From Calditrichia bacterium (GTDB lineage Bacteria > Calditrichota > Calditrichia > JAJRVZ01), in contig CAVZSQ010000019.1 of assembly GCA_963777955.1 (NCBI GenBank), positions 160,001 through 224,000 on the forward strand: a stretch of DNA of 64,000 nucleotides. Direction: 5' to 3'. Shown here piece by piece: positions 20,224 to 32,296 of this stretch. Below the pieces are notes generated by a model. The model did no database searches, was not told the DNA's origin, and saw only the letters and a list, made by a program, of their open reading frames with translations. The translations under genes were made by a program, and so were the position numbers. Positions within the stretch are counted from its first letter, which is position 1. Each line of letters starts with the position of its first letter.

Positions 20224-21243
20224 ATGCACCGAAAAATTTTGAAAAGTGTATTAATGTCTTTGCTGATCACGCTGATGCTGCTGGCCTGCGAGAAAAAAGC
20301 AGAGGTAGTGACTATCACAGGGTGGGAAAAATTTGATGACTTCATTTCCAAGGTCTGCCTTTACATATCCCCAGGGTTGGACCCTCACCCAGGATCAAAC
20401 AGGTGTAATGGTCTATTCAATTCCGGAAATTGTTTCCCGCTTCACCGATCTGACACCCACCGGTCCCGATGGCGTACGCCTGGTGGTCAGCAGGATCAGG
20501 ATGGATTCCCTTTCGACCTTCGATCAATATGTCGAAAAAATACGGGATGATTTGTCGGTTTCGGGTTATGATGTAAAACCTATAGAAGAAAAAATCCTGG
20601 CTGGCGTACCGGGAAAATCTTTCGAGTGTTCCGGATACCTGGATAACCGTAATAAACTATCTTCGACCAGAATATTTGCTTTGAAGGATACCTTGCTCTA
20701 TACAGCCAGTTATGAAGGTTTCAATAAAGCATATGCACTGAATAAATTTGTCCTGGATACCCTGCTCAGCACACTGAAGTTTACCGAAGCTGCACCAAAG
20801 GTGGTGGGAGACGATCCGGCTATGCCCTCCTCCAATTTCGCGGACTTCAGCAATAGTTATCTGAGTCTTAAAGTATCCCGACAACTTTGATCTGGCTAAC
20901 ACCTGCTGCCAAAGCCCCCGCCGAATTCTCGCTGGATATCCGCGGATATCGCCAGGACAGCAATGTTCACCTGGATATTATCCCGGCCAAAGGTTTATCG
21001 CTGGAAAAAGTCGTCGAACAAAATTCCAAAAACTATAAAGCAGTATCAAAAGGAAGCGTCAATATTGATGGAGTAAATACAACCTATCTTGATTATCGTC
21101 CGGTCAGGGAGATTAACAGCCGGGTTTATTTTCTGGTTAAAAACGATCGCATTTACCGCGTAATTTTTAACTATTATGCCCCGATGAAAGAAAAATATAT
21201 TTCGACTTTCGAAAAAGTGGTTACGTCAATTAAAGTCAAATAA
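20224..21243 (+). CDS. PsbP-like tandem-domain lipoprotein (two frameshifts)
   Basis: Lipobox LLAC; two PsbP/DcrB-like repeats (FTYPQGW...; ...YRVIFNYY...FEKVVTSIKVK). Confidence 0.6.
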
Positions 21244-21267
21244 TCGCTATTAATCAATGCCTTCATG

Positions 21268-21317
21268 GCCTGCTTTTCCACTACCTGACAGGAAGTGGAA
21301 AAGCAGGCATTTTTTTT
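21268..21317 (+). terminator. Intrinsic terminator of the exbBD/tonB operon
   Basis: 15-bp stem GCCTGCTTTTCCACT/AGTGGAAAAGCAGGC followed by a T-run. Confidence 0.85.
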
Positions 21318-21319
21318 GT

Positions 21320-23740
21320 TCATTTTATTATTATTTTAAATTTCCGGACTTCCTGCTCGCCGTTCTCGTCCACCAGGGTCAGAATATGTTCACCGGCATC
21401 CGCTACCAGGGCCAGTTCATGTATATCGCGGGTAGCTCCCATATAAACATTGTCCAGATGCCAGTACAGGGTGGATTGCTGATTGCGGGCTGCCGCCTTA
21501 AAAACGGTTCGCCCTCTTTGCCCGTCTAATTCCAACGGGATGAAGATTGTACTGTTTTTCTCCGGATAAATAATGGAAAAAGAGGATGAAGTCATACTCT
21601 CCACCAGTCCACGGCAATCTTCACGCAGCTGCGGCAACGGCAGGTAATCGGAATGTTTGCGGATATAATACCATTCCATAGTCGGCGGCAAAACAAACCA
21701 GTTTTTGTTTACGATCCCGTGCAATGGTTCGCAATCCGCATGCACCTGCCAGCGCAAACTGCGATCAAGATGTACAATCTGGCAATAGGGACAAACTGTA
21801 GTTTGAACTCCAGCCGGCGGGACCCGGATCATCAGACCTGCGGCGCAATCCGGTCCACGACGGTAACCGCTCCGGCTGCATACTTCGATCAGTTCCAGAT
21901 CCCCTTCCGGACAGTTAAACCATTCTGCCGACGGTAATAAACCGAAAATTTCAAATAAAATGGGGGCTGCCGTTTTAAGTCCAACTAAATCCGGCCGACC
22001 TTCTCCATCAGCATTTCCCACCCACACCCCCACCGCATACAGAGGCGTTACACCGATAGCCCAGGCATCGCGGTAACCGTAACTGGTCCCGGTTTTCCAG
22101 GCAATCTCACGGTTGGAAAGAAAATCCCGCCAGGCACTCTCTTCATCAGGACGGGTGACTTCCAGCATAGCCTGCAGGGTCAGCCAGCAGGAACCTGCCC
22201 GTAAAGGACTATCCGGATTGGATTTGTTCGGAATAAGCTTCCGGTCAGCAGTGTTCTTATTTTGTTCCTCGTCCAGGAACAGTTCGGGAGCAAAAAATGC
22301 CGAGGCTTCAGCCGAGGCTGAATCTGCCTCATCTTCAAAATAACGATTGACCGTACGGGCCATACTGGCATAAATGCCGGTCAGGTCCCATAATTTTCCT
22401 TCTGCCCCGCCCAGGATCAGAGTTAGGCCATACTCATGCGCCGGCCGGTATAGTGTAGTCATCCCCAGTTTTTCCAGCAGGTTTTGAAAACGGTCGACAC
22501 TGAAACGCTGCAGCATACGAACAGCAGGAACATTCAGGGAGCGGGCCAGTGCCATGCAGGCCGGTACAGCTCCCTGATACTCCCGGCTGTAATTCTGCGG
22601 GGCAAATCCACCCATGCGGGTCGGGACATCGGCTACCAACTGTGTGGGCAGTATATCACCGCTCTGCAGCATACCGGCATACAACAACGGTTTTAAAATA
22701 CTACCGGTACTGCGCGGCGCAGAAATAATATCCACAAAACGGTCATGTCCGGAATTATCGGGATCGAAGACATTGCCCACATAGGCAAGTACCTGTCCGC
22801 TGTTCACCTCCATGACCAGGGCCGCGCCATTGAATATTCCGTTGGCTGCCAGACGCTCGTGATGCCGGCGGATAATCTGATCCGTCTGCAGTTGCAGGTC
22901 TTTACGCATCGTGGTATGTACAGGTCCCGGTGCAGCGCGCCCCCATTTTTTTGTGGTAAGGCCGGAATTGCGCACATGGCTGTAAATATGCGGAGCCAGT
23001 ACAGGTAAGGGATATGGTTCCGGCGGCAGTGGTTCCATTTTAGCCAGAGTACCACTCAGCGAGTCCAGAACATTCTGTTCGATCAACTTATCAAGTAGAA
23101 CATTACGTTTCCGCAGCAACAGATCGCGGTTGCGGCCGGGATGGATCAGAGCCGGATTATTAGGCAGAACGGTAAGCATGGCCACTTCAGCCCAGGATAA
23201 TTGTTCGGGCTGCCGCCCAAAATACCGCCAGGAAGCTGCAGACAATCCGACCACATTACCGCCATAGGGGGCATGGGCGGCGTACATGGAAAATATTTCC
23301 TGTTTATTATAAAAAGATTCAAGCCGCAGAGCCTCGAAGATCTCCACGGTTTTTTCCAGGATAGTGCGCGGTTTCCCCGGCCGGGATAGCCGCACTACCT
23401 GCATGGTCAGCGTGCTGCCACCACTGACTACTTTGCCGGCCCGGACATCACTCCAGGCGGCCCGCAGCAGCGCCAGCGGATCAACACCGCGATGCCTGAA
23501 AAAACGTTTGTCTTCAAAAATAACGGCGCTCTGGATATATTTGGCCGGTATAGAATCTGCCGGTGGAAAGCGCCATTGTCCATCCTTTGCCACACCAGCA
23601 TTCAACAATTCTCCCGTACGATCCAGAATAACTAAAGAGTAAGGATTCCTGAATTCCGTTAATGGCAAAAAAAACCAGAAAACTGCCCAAAAGACCAGAA
23701 ATGTAAAAAAACACCGCGGTGAAGTCAGAAACCTTTTCAT
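21320..23740 (-). CDS. pbpC: Penicillin-binding protein 1C
   Basis: Transglycosylase motifs EDKRF and GGSTLTMQ; transpeptidase motifs SILK, SLN and KTGTS; BiPBP C-terminal domain; adjacent to A2M. Confidence 0.95.
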   Translation of the reverse strand: MKRFLTSPRCFFTFLVFWAVFWFFLPLTEFRNPYSLVILDRTGELLNAGVAKDGQWRFPPADSIPAKYIQSAVIFEDKRFFRHRGVDPLALLRAAWSDVRAGKVVSGGSTLTMQVVRLSRPGKPRTILEKTVEIFEALRLESFYNKQEIFSMYAAHAPYGGNVVGLSAASWRYFGRQPEQLSWAEVAMLTVLPNNPALIHPGRNRDLLLRKRNVLLDKLIEQNVLDSLSGTLAKMEPLPPEPYPLPVLAPHIYSHVRNSGLTTKKWGRAAPGPVHTTMRKDLQLQTDQIIRRHHERLAANGIFNGAALVMEVNSGQVLAYVGNVFDPDNSGHDRFVDIISAPRSTGSILKPLLYAGMLQSGDILPTQLVADVPTRMGGFAPQNYSREYQGAVPACMALARSLNVPAVRMLQRFSVDRFQNLLEKLGMTTLYRPAHEYGLTLILGGAEGKLWDLTGIYASMARTVNRYFEDEADSASAEASAFFAPELFLDEEQNKNTADRKLIPNKSNPDSPLRAGSCWLTLQAMLEVTRPDEESAWRDFLSNREIAWKTGTSYGYRDAWAIGVTPLYAVGVWVGNADGEGRPDLVGLKTAAPILFEIFGLLPSAEWFNCPEGDLELIEVCSRSGYRRGPDCAAGLMIRVPPAGVQTTVCPYCQIVHLDRSLRWQVHADCEPLHGIVNKNWFVLPPTMEWYYIRKHSDYLPLPQLREDCRGLVESMTSSSFSIIYPEKNSTIFIPLELDGQRGRTVFKAAARNQQSTLYWHLDNVYMGATRDIHELALVADAGEHILTLVDENGEQEVRKFKIIIK

Positions 23741-26700
23741 TGACCCGGTTCAATTACTTCGATCCACTGCCCGGCCTGTCGTGCATAAATGGTCGCATCG
23801 TACATGGGTTCAACGATGATCATTGGCAGATAGAATCGACCTAAATATGCGGCGTGTAGTTGAAAACGAAAAGACTTTTGGTCGTTCATATTCAGGTCGA
23901 AATAGGTCATGATCCGGTCGTCACGGATATCCATGTAATCATAACCTATATTTCTGTCTTTCATCTGCTTCGCTGGATCAAGACGGGTATTCCGTATTTC
24001 CCACCCCGGTGGAAAGATGGCTGTAAGGGCCAGTTCTTCATATTTTCCTTCTGTGCCGGTATTTCTGGTTTTAATTTCAACTTCAAAATCCGTGCCCTGT
24101 TCGACTCGTACAGGATCAAAGGTTCTCCGCTCAGCGTAAAATAATCCACCTTGATGGTCATCCCATTTTGGCCGCTCTTTTCCTGACCTGCAGCCGGGAG
24201 CCCTTCCATGATCAAACTTGGGTAGATAGTACTCTGCCCTTTGTTTTCCAGGGCGAATGCAATTTGCATCTTTTCGCCAGGTGCCAGGGTTTGTTGGTAG
24301 ACCGGAGAAGTTGTTTCCACAGTAGTACGGGCATTACCATTCCATTCATAGGAAAAATTCCATTTAGTACCACCACCGACCACCCCGCTGTAAGTTGCAA
24401 TTGCTATCAGGGAATAGGCTGTAGTCTGGGTACTGAGCCATTTTTCATTGCTTAATTCCGCAGCTATCTCCTTTACCAGGCTTTCGGCGCGGTCATTTTG
24501 TTTCAGTAAACATAATGCTTCTACTACCATGGCTTTATCCCGTAGATCAGAACCAAAAGTAAAGGAAAATTCCCTGAAGAACGGAAATGTGAAAATTCCT
24601 TTAGCAGCCAGAGCTGCGGCCGCTTCCGGTTGTCCGGCCAGTTGATAAGCGGCGGCCAACCGCCAGCGGGCTTCGTTACTAACACTGCCCTGCTCGCGCA
24701 GACGGTTCATTGCTCCCAGTTCCGCTTTCCCGGCCAGGGCCAGGGTGTACAGGCGGTAAGCCTGGACTAGATCGGATCGTAATGGTCCGGTAACGTAACC
24801 CTGTGCCTTTTTAGTTTGATATTTTTGCCACTGGTCCAGCAGACCCTGCGGTACGGGGTAACCCGCTCTTTTAGCTTCGACCAAAAAATGACCGGCATAG
24901 TTACTGGCCCAATCGTCAGTACCTTGCCAACCGCCCGGCCAATATGTAAATCCGCCATCCGAAGCCTGGAACAGACGCAGACGCTCGAGGCCTGCCTTGA
25001 CATTTTTTTCAATCTCAGTCTGCCGCTCAGGTGAAAGGTCCATCAGGCGGTTAAGATAAAGTTGGGGAAATACCGCCGAGGTAATCTGTTCCACACAACC
25101 ATGCGGATAGCGAATCAGAAATCTGAGTCGTTTGCCCAGGTTCATCGGGGGAATCCGCGATACTTCCAGAGTGACCGTATTAGTGCCAATCATTCCCGGC
25201 AGAGTGATTTGCTGGGACCATTCCTTGCCACTATCCAGGGTTTTCGATACCACATCCGTGATGGCAAAACTTGATGAACGGACCTGCAACTCGATGGTTT
25301 GCCGCGAGGATTCACCGTTGCCGAAGGCTTCCATACTGATCCTGGCAACTCCCTCCTGGGCTTTCGCTTTTATCTTGAATATTACTACCTGGTCACCCGG
25401 ACTGCTAAAATTTATTTTCTTTTCTGGTGAATCGGTAAGCATCACCGGGCCTTCGGTATTAACTTTGACCGCCACATTTTTAATATTTTCCTGCAAGGCA
25501 AAAATCGTAATTGGTAAATCGCAACTCTCATCCAGTCCCAGCACCCGCGGCAGGGTACCCAGCAGCATCAACGGATTACGGACTTTGACCTCTTTCTCCG
25601 CTGAACCAAAAGCACCACCCTGTCCGGCCACAACCATCAACCTCACAGCCCCTACATACTGGGGAATATCTATATCGTGCGATCTGGTTTCACGGCCTTT
25701 TAATTCAAATGGTCCCAAAAATTTTACCATCGGCGGAAATCTATCCGCTTTTTTCTGACCTTCCTCTTTTTGAAATTCTCCACCGCCGATCGCCAGCAAC
25801 TGTTCTAACCTTGCACCGTAGGCGCCGGTAATTTGATCAAACAAATCCCAGGTTTTTACTCCCAGGGCCTCCCGGGCATAAAAATTCGTCCAGGGATCGG
25901 GTGTTTGAAAGCGGGTTATATCCAGCAGACCTTCATCAACCAGAGCCAGGGTATACGTCATCGGACGGCCGTTGGCTTCGCTGATTTTTATAACCTCTTT
26001 ATGTTCCGGTCGGTAGACATCCGTAGTTTGAATTTTTGGTTCCAGGCGTGAATCAGGATTAAAAATTTTGACCGGCACCACACCATACATGCGGATCGGC
26101 AGATCATTGGCCGCCTGTAGATGCGGCTGCATGAAGGTTATATGTACATACACATTAGGAGCCATTTCGGGTGCTGCGGTAAATTCGAACCGCACCGGTT
26201 TATCTGCTCCTGCAATCCAGTGAGTGCTCAGCACTTTACTGCCGGATTCAATACTGACCAATCCTCTCCCGGTACGGGCTACCGGGATGGTGACCATAAC
26301 CTTTTCACCGACCTTGTACTCCGTTTTATCCGTGGAAAAACTGAGTACAGCAGCGCCACCCGGCGCTTCACGGTTTCCCCGTCCGGCCCAACCCGGCCAG
26401 TCAATGTAGACTATAGTGCCCGTAATATGACCTCCGTTCAGATCCCGGGCCCTGATCAGATAGCGACCCCAATCCGGATATTTTATACTGAATTTCCAGG
26501 AACCTTTTCCACCACTCACCTGGATCGTGTCTGCATACAATGATTTATAATGACTGGAACCAATATAATCAGCACGCTTTTCGCTGCCCTGTTCCCACCA
26601 CCAGCGCCAATCGATCCGGTACATTTTGATTTCGACGTTAGTGCGGGGAATGGCAGTTCCGTTCCTGTCCACAGCAACAAGTTGAGCGGTATAGACCGAA

Positions 26701-29328
26701 TCCGTGACCAGCATCCTGTGTCGCGCTTTATCACCGCGCGGAGACTTGATCCCGATATACTGTTGAAATGGGTGCAGGGGAATACTAAAACGGTCGGTAC
26801 TGAAAGCACCACCGGGTTCGAATACCCGGGTGCGGAAAGAAGCCTGTAAAACACCGGGAGCGGTACGGTCAGTTTCCACGGCTGCACTCATGGCCACAGC
26901 GCCGTTCGCATCTAACTGTCCTTCAAAGACCATCCGGTTTTCCGGTTCAAACTTATGGAACGGATCATTGAATTCAAATCCCTCCAGACCGGGAAAGGAA
27001 GTTCCGCTTGATGTCAATCCCAGTTCCACATCCGCTCGCAAATTTTTAGCCGGTGCCCCGTGCAACCATTCTGCTGATAATCGCGCCTGAACCGGTCCGG
27101 CCATTAAACTTGTTACTCCCTTGCCGAAATCAAGATCGATTTTCAACCGGTTCGGCATGATCGTTTCCACTCTCAGTACTTTTTCAAAAGTGACACCCCC
27201 AACTTTCACTTTAGCTACCCAGTTACCGGTAAGTGCATCCGGATCGGTGGACAATTTCAGATCATAAAAACCGTTAAGCGATTTTAACCGTCGGATTGTT
27301 TTGATCAGTTGACCGCGCGGATTATAGAATTCACAAATCAGCGGGTGCGTTTCCGGGATCAGTTTTTCTGGATCATATAATATGAAGGTCAGATAAATGG
27401 GATCACCGGGACGCCAGACTCCGCGTTCTCCATATAGAAATCCTTTCAAACCGGATTGTACATTTTCTCCGCCCACATCAAAGTGACTGATTGGTAAGGC
27501 TAATCCACCATCCAATTTCAGATAACCGTTTTGACCGGCATTACGGGCAATAATCAAAAATGGTTTCCGCTCCAGATCGAATAGGACGCAGCCGTCTTTA
27601 TCCGCTGTTCCCTTACCGATACTCTGCTGTTGAAAATCTAACACTTCTATTTCGGCTCCGGACAGGGGTTGTGCCGACTTGAGATCGGTAGCCATCACAA
27701 ACAATTTCTGATCAAGACCCTGTTTGGCCAGCAGTCCGATATCCGAAATCATTACATTGCGGTACACATTTATATTATGATCGTAATATTCCCGGTAATA
27801 GGCGGGATGGCAGGGATTCAGGCGTTGTTCATAATAATCATAATAACCGCCTCCCTCATACTCGTCGTCTTCCCAATAACCTCTCTCTTCATCCTCTGAC
27901 TCTTCACTGCCGGAAACACTTTCTTCACTGACCAGCGGAGTTGTCGCCGCGGTCAGGCTTTCCCCGCAATCATATAAAATATGCCGGCGTTTGAAAGATA
28001 ATTTGATGCGGTAGATCCCGCCCGGATTTTTTTCAAGCAGGGGTTTTAAATCCAGGCCATAGCGCATCCAGCGGTTCTGTTTATCGGGAGTTATATTCAG
28101 ATCGATTGTTTTTTTCCAGACCGTTTGTGCCACCCGCCGGAGTTCATTATCACCATCCAGTTTATTAACCTGCAAAAATTGCGGAATATTCTGTTCATAA
28201 ATCTTACTTACTTCCACAATCACCGAGCGCAGGTTTACCGCTTCCACTGGCAGGGCTAAGTCCTGAGTTGTGGGCAGTATAACACCTTTACCCACAAATC
28301 GTACAGCTGGTTTTAATTCTTCGAAGGTAATATCGAATGTCTTGGAAATATTCAATCGATACCCCAGGCTGTTACGTATCCCGGGAGATACAGTCACGGA
28401 ATTGGTTCCTTCCCATGGTGTAGCGCTGTAAATACGCAGAATACTCCGGTCGATATCCAGGCGCAGATCATCGCGTTTTTCTACGGTGACCAATCCCTGC
28501 AGGTTTTGATTTTTATCCAGCGGATCCGAAAAACGGATCTCGATATATTCCGTTTCTGTGCGTACCGGTCTGACACTGTCGATAGTAAAATAGGAGCGGG
28601 AGTGAACCGTATAGGAACTTTTACCTTTCTTGTCAACATTCATATATTTGCCATCCCAGGCCAGTGTTACCTGTGATGAATCTTCACCGCGCACGATGCC
28701 ATCGATGCTGAACTGATGTTCACGGCCGTCGGGCTTATGCTGCCAGGTGATCGGTAATTCTTTCCCCTGCTGGGTTGCAGTCAGGATTTTTTCCACTGCC
28801 TGATCGTCATCCACATCAGCTGTAACAAATATTCCACTGATCTGCTGCAGTTCGGGTCTTTGTTCATTAACTGATTGCAGACCAAAGATGTTAATTTCAA
28901 AAGTTTGTTTCATCGAGGAAAAAGTAAAAGAAAAAGAGCTCTTCCCCTCTGACTGTTTCCACCAGATTTTTCAGATTTAAGGTGGCCTGATAATCCTGAC
29001 CATCAGGTAAACGCGTTTCCGGTCGGAATTCGACGGTGCGGTAATCGGACCAGACCGTAATTCCTTTGATGCCTGGTTTGAAACTGAATGGTGATCTGTC
29101 CAGGGGCAGATTGATATTGCTGGAATCGACAATATCTTCCGTAAAAACGACCCTGATCGGCGATTCCCGTGAGATCATTCCGGAGGTATAAGCGGAAATC
29201 AGCCCGCTATCGATTGATGATCGTTTAAAGGTCGGAGGGACTTTTTCTTCGCAACCGGAACTGATTATCAGTAATGTTGATAATAGAAATACCATAATCA
29301 TTCCGCTAAACCGATAGTTTTTAAACAT
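23737..29328 (-). CDS. Bacterial alpha-2-macroglobulin lipoprotein (YfhM-type); frameshifts near 28910 and 24100
   Basis: Lipobox SSGC; MG2 motif ERGVWRPGD, thioester PHGCVEQ, and C-terminal DIRDDR...YLGRFYLP; joined from three ORFs. Confidence 0.93.
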
Positions 29329-29568
29329 TTCACTCTCCTTATGAATTATATTTATTTAAGAAAACAGCAAGTGATTGCAGGGCAGTACAAATTAAATTTC
29401 CCTTCCCGGCAAACTGTTCAGGAAAACCGAATATAAATATATCAATTGAATAAATAAGTACGCCTTATTTTCATTACTTGAAAAATATGATCATCGGATC
29501 CATAAAAATTGGGGTAATAAAATATTTCAGTTCCAATTTAAAGCAGGTATGACTAATTAGCAATCAGA

Positions 29569-29605
29569 ATCCACCTCCGAGGTTCGGATAACCTCGGAGG
29601 TGGAT
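29569..29605. repeat. REP-like palindrome, family A copy 1
   Basis: ATCCACCTCCGAGGTT-CGGAT-AACCTCGGAGGTGGAT. Confidence 0.85.
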
Positions 29606-29708
29606 ATTGCACACAAATTAGTGTAATATAACCCGGCATTAATATATATTTGGGCCGAAACAATAATTTACAGCAATCATGTGTTCTATGTTAAAAAGGG
29701 GAATAGAT

Positions 29709-32189
29709 ATGGCCCGCTATCTTTTCGTATTCTTGAGTATTTTATTAATTCTTTCTGCTTTAGCGTTGCAGGAATACGGCTTGCAGGAACGCATCCCTAA
29801 TACATCTTTCCGCATCTCCAGCGGCGGTGATACCCTGGCTTCGATGCAACTGGTGCAGGTTTTTAATGACATTTCTTTTAATTTGCCTGTACATCTGTTT
29901 CATGCCGGCGATAGCACAAACCGTATTTTTGTGGTGGAAAAAGCAGGAATAATCAAATCGTTACCCAACCGGGATTCCACTACTGCTTTTAAAATATTTA
30001 TGGATATTACCGAACGAGTCAATGCCGAACCCAATGAAGCAGGTTTGCTTAGTCTTGCCTTTCATCCTGATTACAGGAATAACGGGAAATTGTACGTCTA
30101 TTATACTTATGGAAATCTTTTCTCGCGTATTTCCGAATTTACCGTTTCTAACGATGCGGATTCGGTGGATAAATCCAGTGAACGTATTCTGCTGGAAATC
30201 CAGCAGCCGTACTCTAATCATAATGGAGGCCAACTGGCTTTCGGCCCTGACGGATATTTATACATCGGACTTGGCGATGGCGGCAGCGGCGGGGATCCCC
30301 AGAGTAATGGACAAAACCGGGCTACCTTGCTGGGTAAAATCCTGCGCATTAATATTGACAGTACCACTCAGGGATTGGAGTACACCATTCCTGCAGATAA
30401 TCCCCTGGCCGGCAACAGCAATAATTGGCGCACAGAGATCTGGGCCTGGGGATTGCGCAATCCCTGGCGGTTTAGTTTTGACCGTCTTAACGGTGATTTG
30501 TGGACTGCTGATGTGGGACAAAATCTATGGGAAGAGGTCGACCTGATTGAGGGCGGGCGAAATTATGGTTGGAACATAATGGAAGGATTCCATTGTTATA
30601 AACCTTCTATTGATTGTGATACCGCCGGTCTGACGCTGCCCATCATCGAGTACGATCACTCCACCGGAAATTCCATTACCGGCGGGTATGTATACCGGGG
30701 CAACCGCCTGGTCCGATTAAACGGTGTTTATCTATATGGTGATTATGTTACACGTAAAATCTGGGGCTTAAGATACAGCGGGGGCCGGTTAGTCGAAAAT
30801 AAAATTATTGCCGAAAGTCCTGCGGCAATTTCCAGTTTCGGCGAGGATGAATCGGGCGAGGTTTATGTAGTCGGCTTTGACGGCCGTATCTATATATTCG
30901 AAGAGAAACCTGGTAATCCTCCACCGGTCAAGATTCCCCGAACGATCTCATCATCAGGATTGTTTAGCGAGATCGATTCACTCAGGTATTCACCCGGTAT
31001 CATTCCCTATAGCATTAATGCCCCCTTCTGGTCTGACGGTGCTTATAAAACCAGGGCGCTGGCTCTGCCTGATACCAGTAAAATAGTTTTTTCACGGGAC
31101 GGATTCTGGGTTTTTCCGCCCGGCGCCGTATTGGTCAAAAATTTCTTTATGGAGCTTGAGCAGGGCAATCCTGACAGTCGCATAATCATTGAAACCCGGT
31201 TTCTGGTTAAGCATGAGCAGGATGAACAATGGGACGGTTTCAGTTATTTATGGAATGAAGCAGAAACCGACGCCATGTTACTGGAAGGCAGCTACCGCAG
31301 GGCCTTTAATATTAAATCTGGCGACAGTATAAAAAGCCAAAGTTATTATTATCCCAGCCGTATGGAGTGTCTGGATTGTCATACTCCGGCAGCTGGTTTT
31401 GTACTGGGAGTTCGCACTGCCCAGATCAATAAACAACATCTGTATGGTGCAGTATCGGACAACCAGTTGCGGAGTTATAATCATATTCGGCTGTTCACGG
31501 AAGATATCGGTGAGGATTATATTGCTTTTCCCCGGCTACCCTCCTACCAGGATAGCACGGTAGCTATCAATCAGCGGGCCAGGGCTTACCTGGATGCCAA
31601 TTGTGCCAATTGCCACCGGCCTGGCGGTTCCGGTCGTACTAATATGGATTTACGCTATGAGACGCCGCTAGAGCAGATGTACCTGATTAATGAAGATGCC
31701 AGCCTGGGAGATATGAACATTACCGGCGCAAAGCGTATAAAACCGGGGGCTGCCGATAGTTCAATTGTCTATTTACGTATGCGTGATCTGGGCGAATTCC
31801 GTATGCCGCCGCTGGCCAGTTCGGTGGTTGATGAAGAGGGATCGGAGCTGGTCCGTCAATGGATCGACACCTTAACGGTTATACTTTATCAGGACAGATC
31901 TGGTTTTGGGGATCCGCACCAACCTATCAAGTTTTATCTCTATCCTGTATATCCCAATCCCTTTAATCCCACTACCAGTATAAAATTCTCTTTACCTGTC
32001 ACAACACGGATAGTAATAGAAATTTATAGCAACGCGGGACAGAAAATTACCACTTTGCAGGATTCCGTTCTACAGGCAGGATATCATCTGATACGATTTG
32101 ATGGTACAGGGTACGCCAGCGGGGTTTATCTGTGCCGGTTCAAGGCGGATAATTTTGCCATGACCAGAAAACTGGTCCTGCTTCGTTGA
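29709..32189 (+). CDS. Secreted PQQ-type glucose/sorbosone dehydrogenase fused to a diheme c cytochrome domain and a C-terminal sorting-like domain
   Basis: GSDH motifs NHNGGQLAFGPDGYLYIGLGDGG and GLRNPWRFSFD; FWSDGAYKTR; CLDCH and CANCH; RMPP; YPNPFNPTT CTD; the ATG at 29709 follows an AGGGGA RBS. Confidence 0.88.
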   Translation: MARYLFVFLSILLILSALALQEYGLQERIPNTSFRISSGGDTLASMQLVQVFNDISFNLPVHLFHAGDSTNRIFVVEKAGIIKSLPNRDSTTAFKIFMDITERVNAEPNEAGLLSLAFHPDYRNNGKLYVYYTYGNLFSRISEFTVSNDADSVDKSSERILLEIQQPYSNHNGGQLAFGPDGYLYIGLGDGGSGGDPQSNGQNRATLLGKILRINIDSTTQGLEYTIPADNPLAGNSNNWRTEIWAWGLRNPWRFSFDRLNGDLWTADVGQNLWEEVDLIEGGRNYGWNIMEGFHCYKPSIDCDTAGLTLPIIEYDHSTGNSITGGYVYRGNRLVRLNGVYLYGDYVTRKIWGLRYSGGRLVENKIIAESPAAISSFGEDESGEVYVVGFDGRIYIFEEKPGNPPPVKIPRTISSSGLFSEIDSLRYSPGIIPYSINAPFWSDGAYKTRALALPDTSKIVFSRDGFWVFPPGAVLVKNFFMELEQGNPDSRIIIETRFLVKHEQDEQWDGFSYLWNEAETDAMLLEGSYRRAFNIKSGDSIKSQSYYYPSRMECLDCHTPAAGFVLGVRTAQINKQHLYGAVSDNQLRSYNHIRLFTEDIGEDYIAFPRLPSYQDSTVAINQRARAYLDANCANCHRPGGSGRTNMDLRYETPLEQMYLINEDASLGDMNITGAKRIKPGAADSSIVYLRMRDLGEFRMPPLASSVVDEEGSELVRQWIDTLTVILYQDRSGFGDPHQPIKFYLYPVYPNPFNPTTSIKFSLPVTTRIVIEIYSNAGQKITTLQDSVLQAGYHLIRFDGTGYASGVYLCRFKADNFAMTRKLVLLR

Positions 32190-32190
32190 A

Positions 32191-32278
32191 ATCCATCTCC
32201 GAGGTTCGTAGGGTCGAATCATGATCCGACCGCACTGACCCACCCCTTCGTCCCCTCCCTTATACATAAGGGAGGGGA
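32191..32278. repeat. Composite of three REP-like elements between convergent genes
   Basis: Half of family A (ATCCATCTCCGAGGTTCG), a GTAG element (GTAGGGTCGAATCATGATCCGACC) and the hairpin TCCCCTCCCTTAT-AC-ATAAGGGAGGGGA. Confidence 0.75.
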
Positions 32279-32296
32279 AACAAGGGAAGGTTAAAA

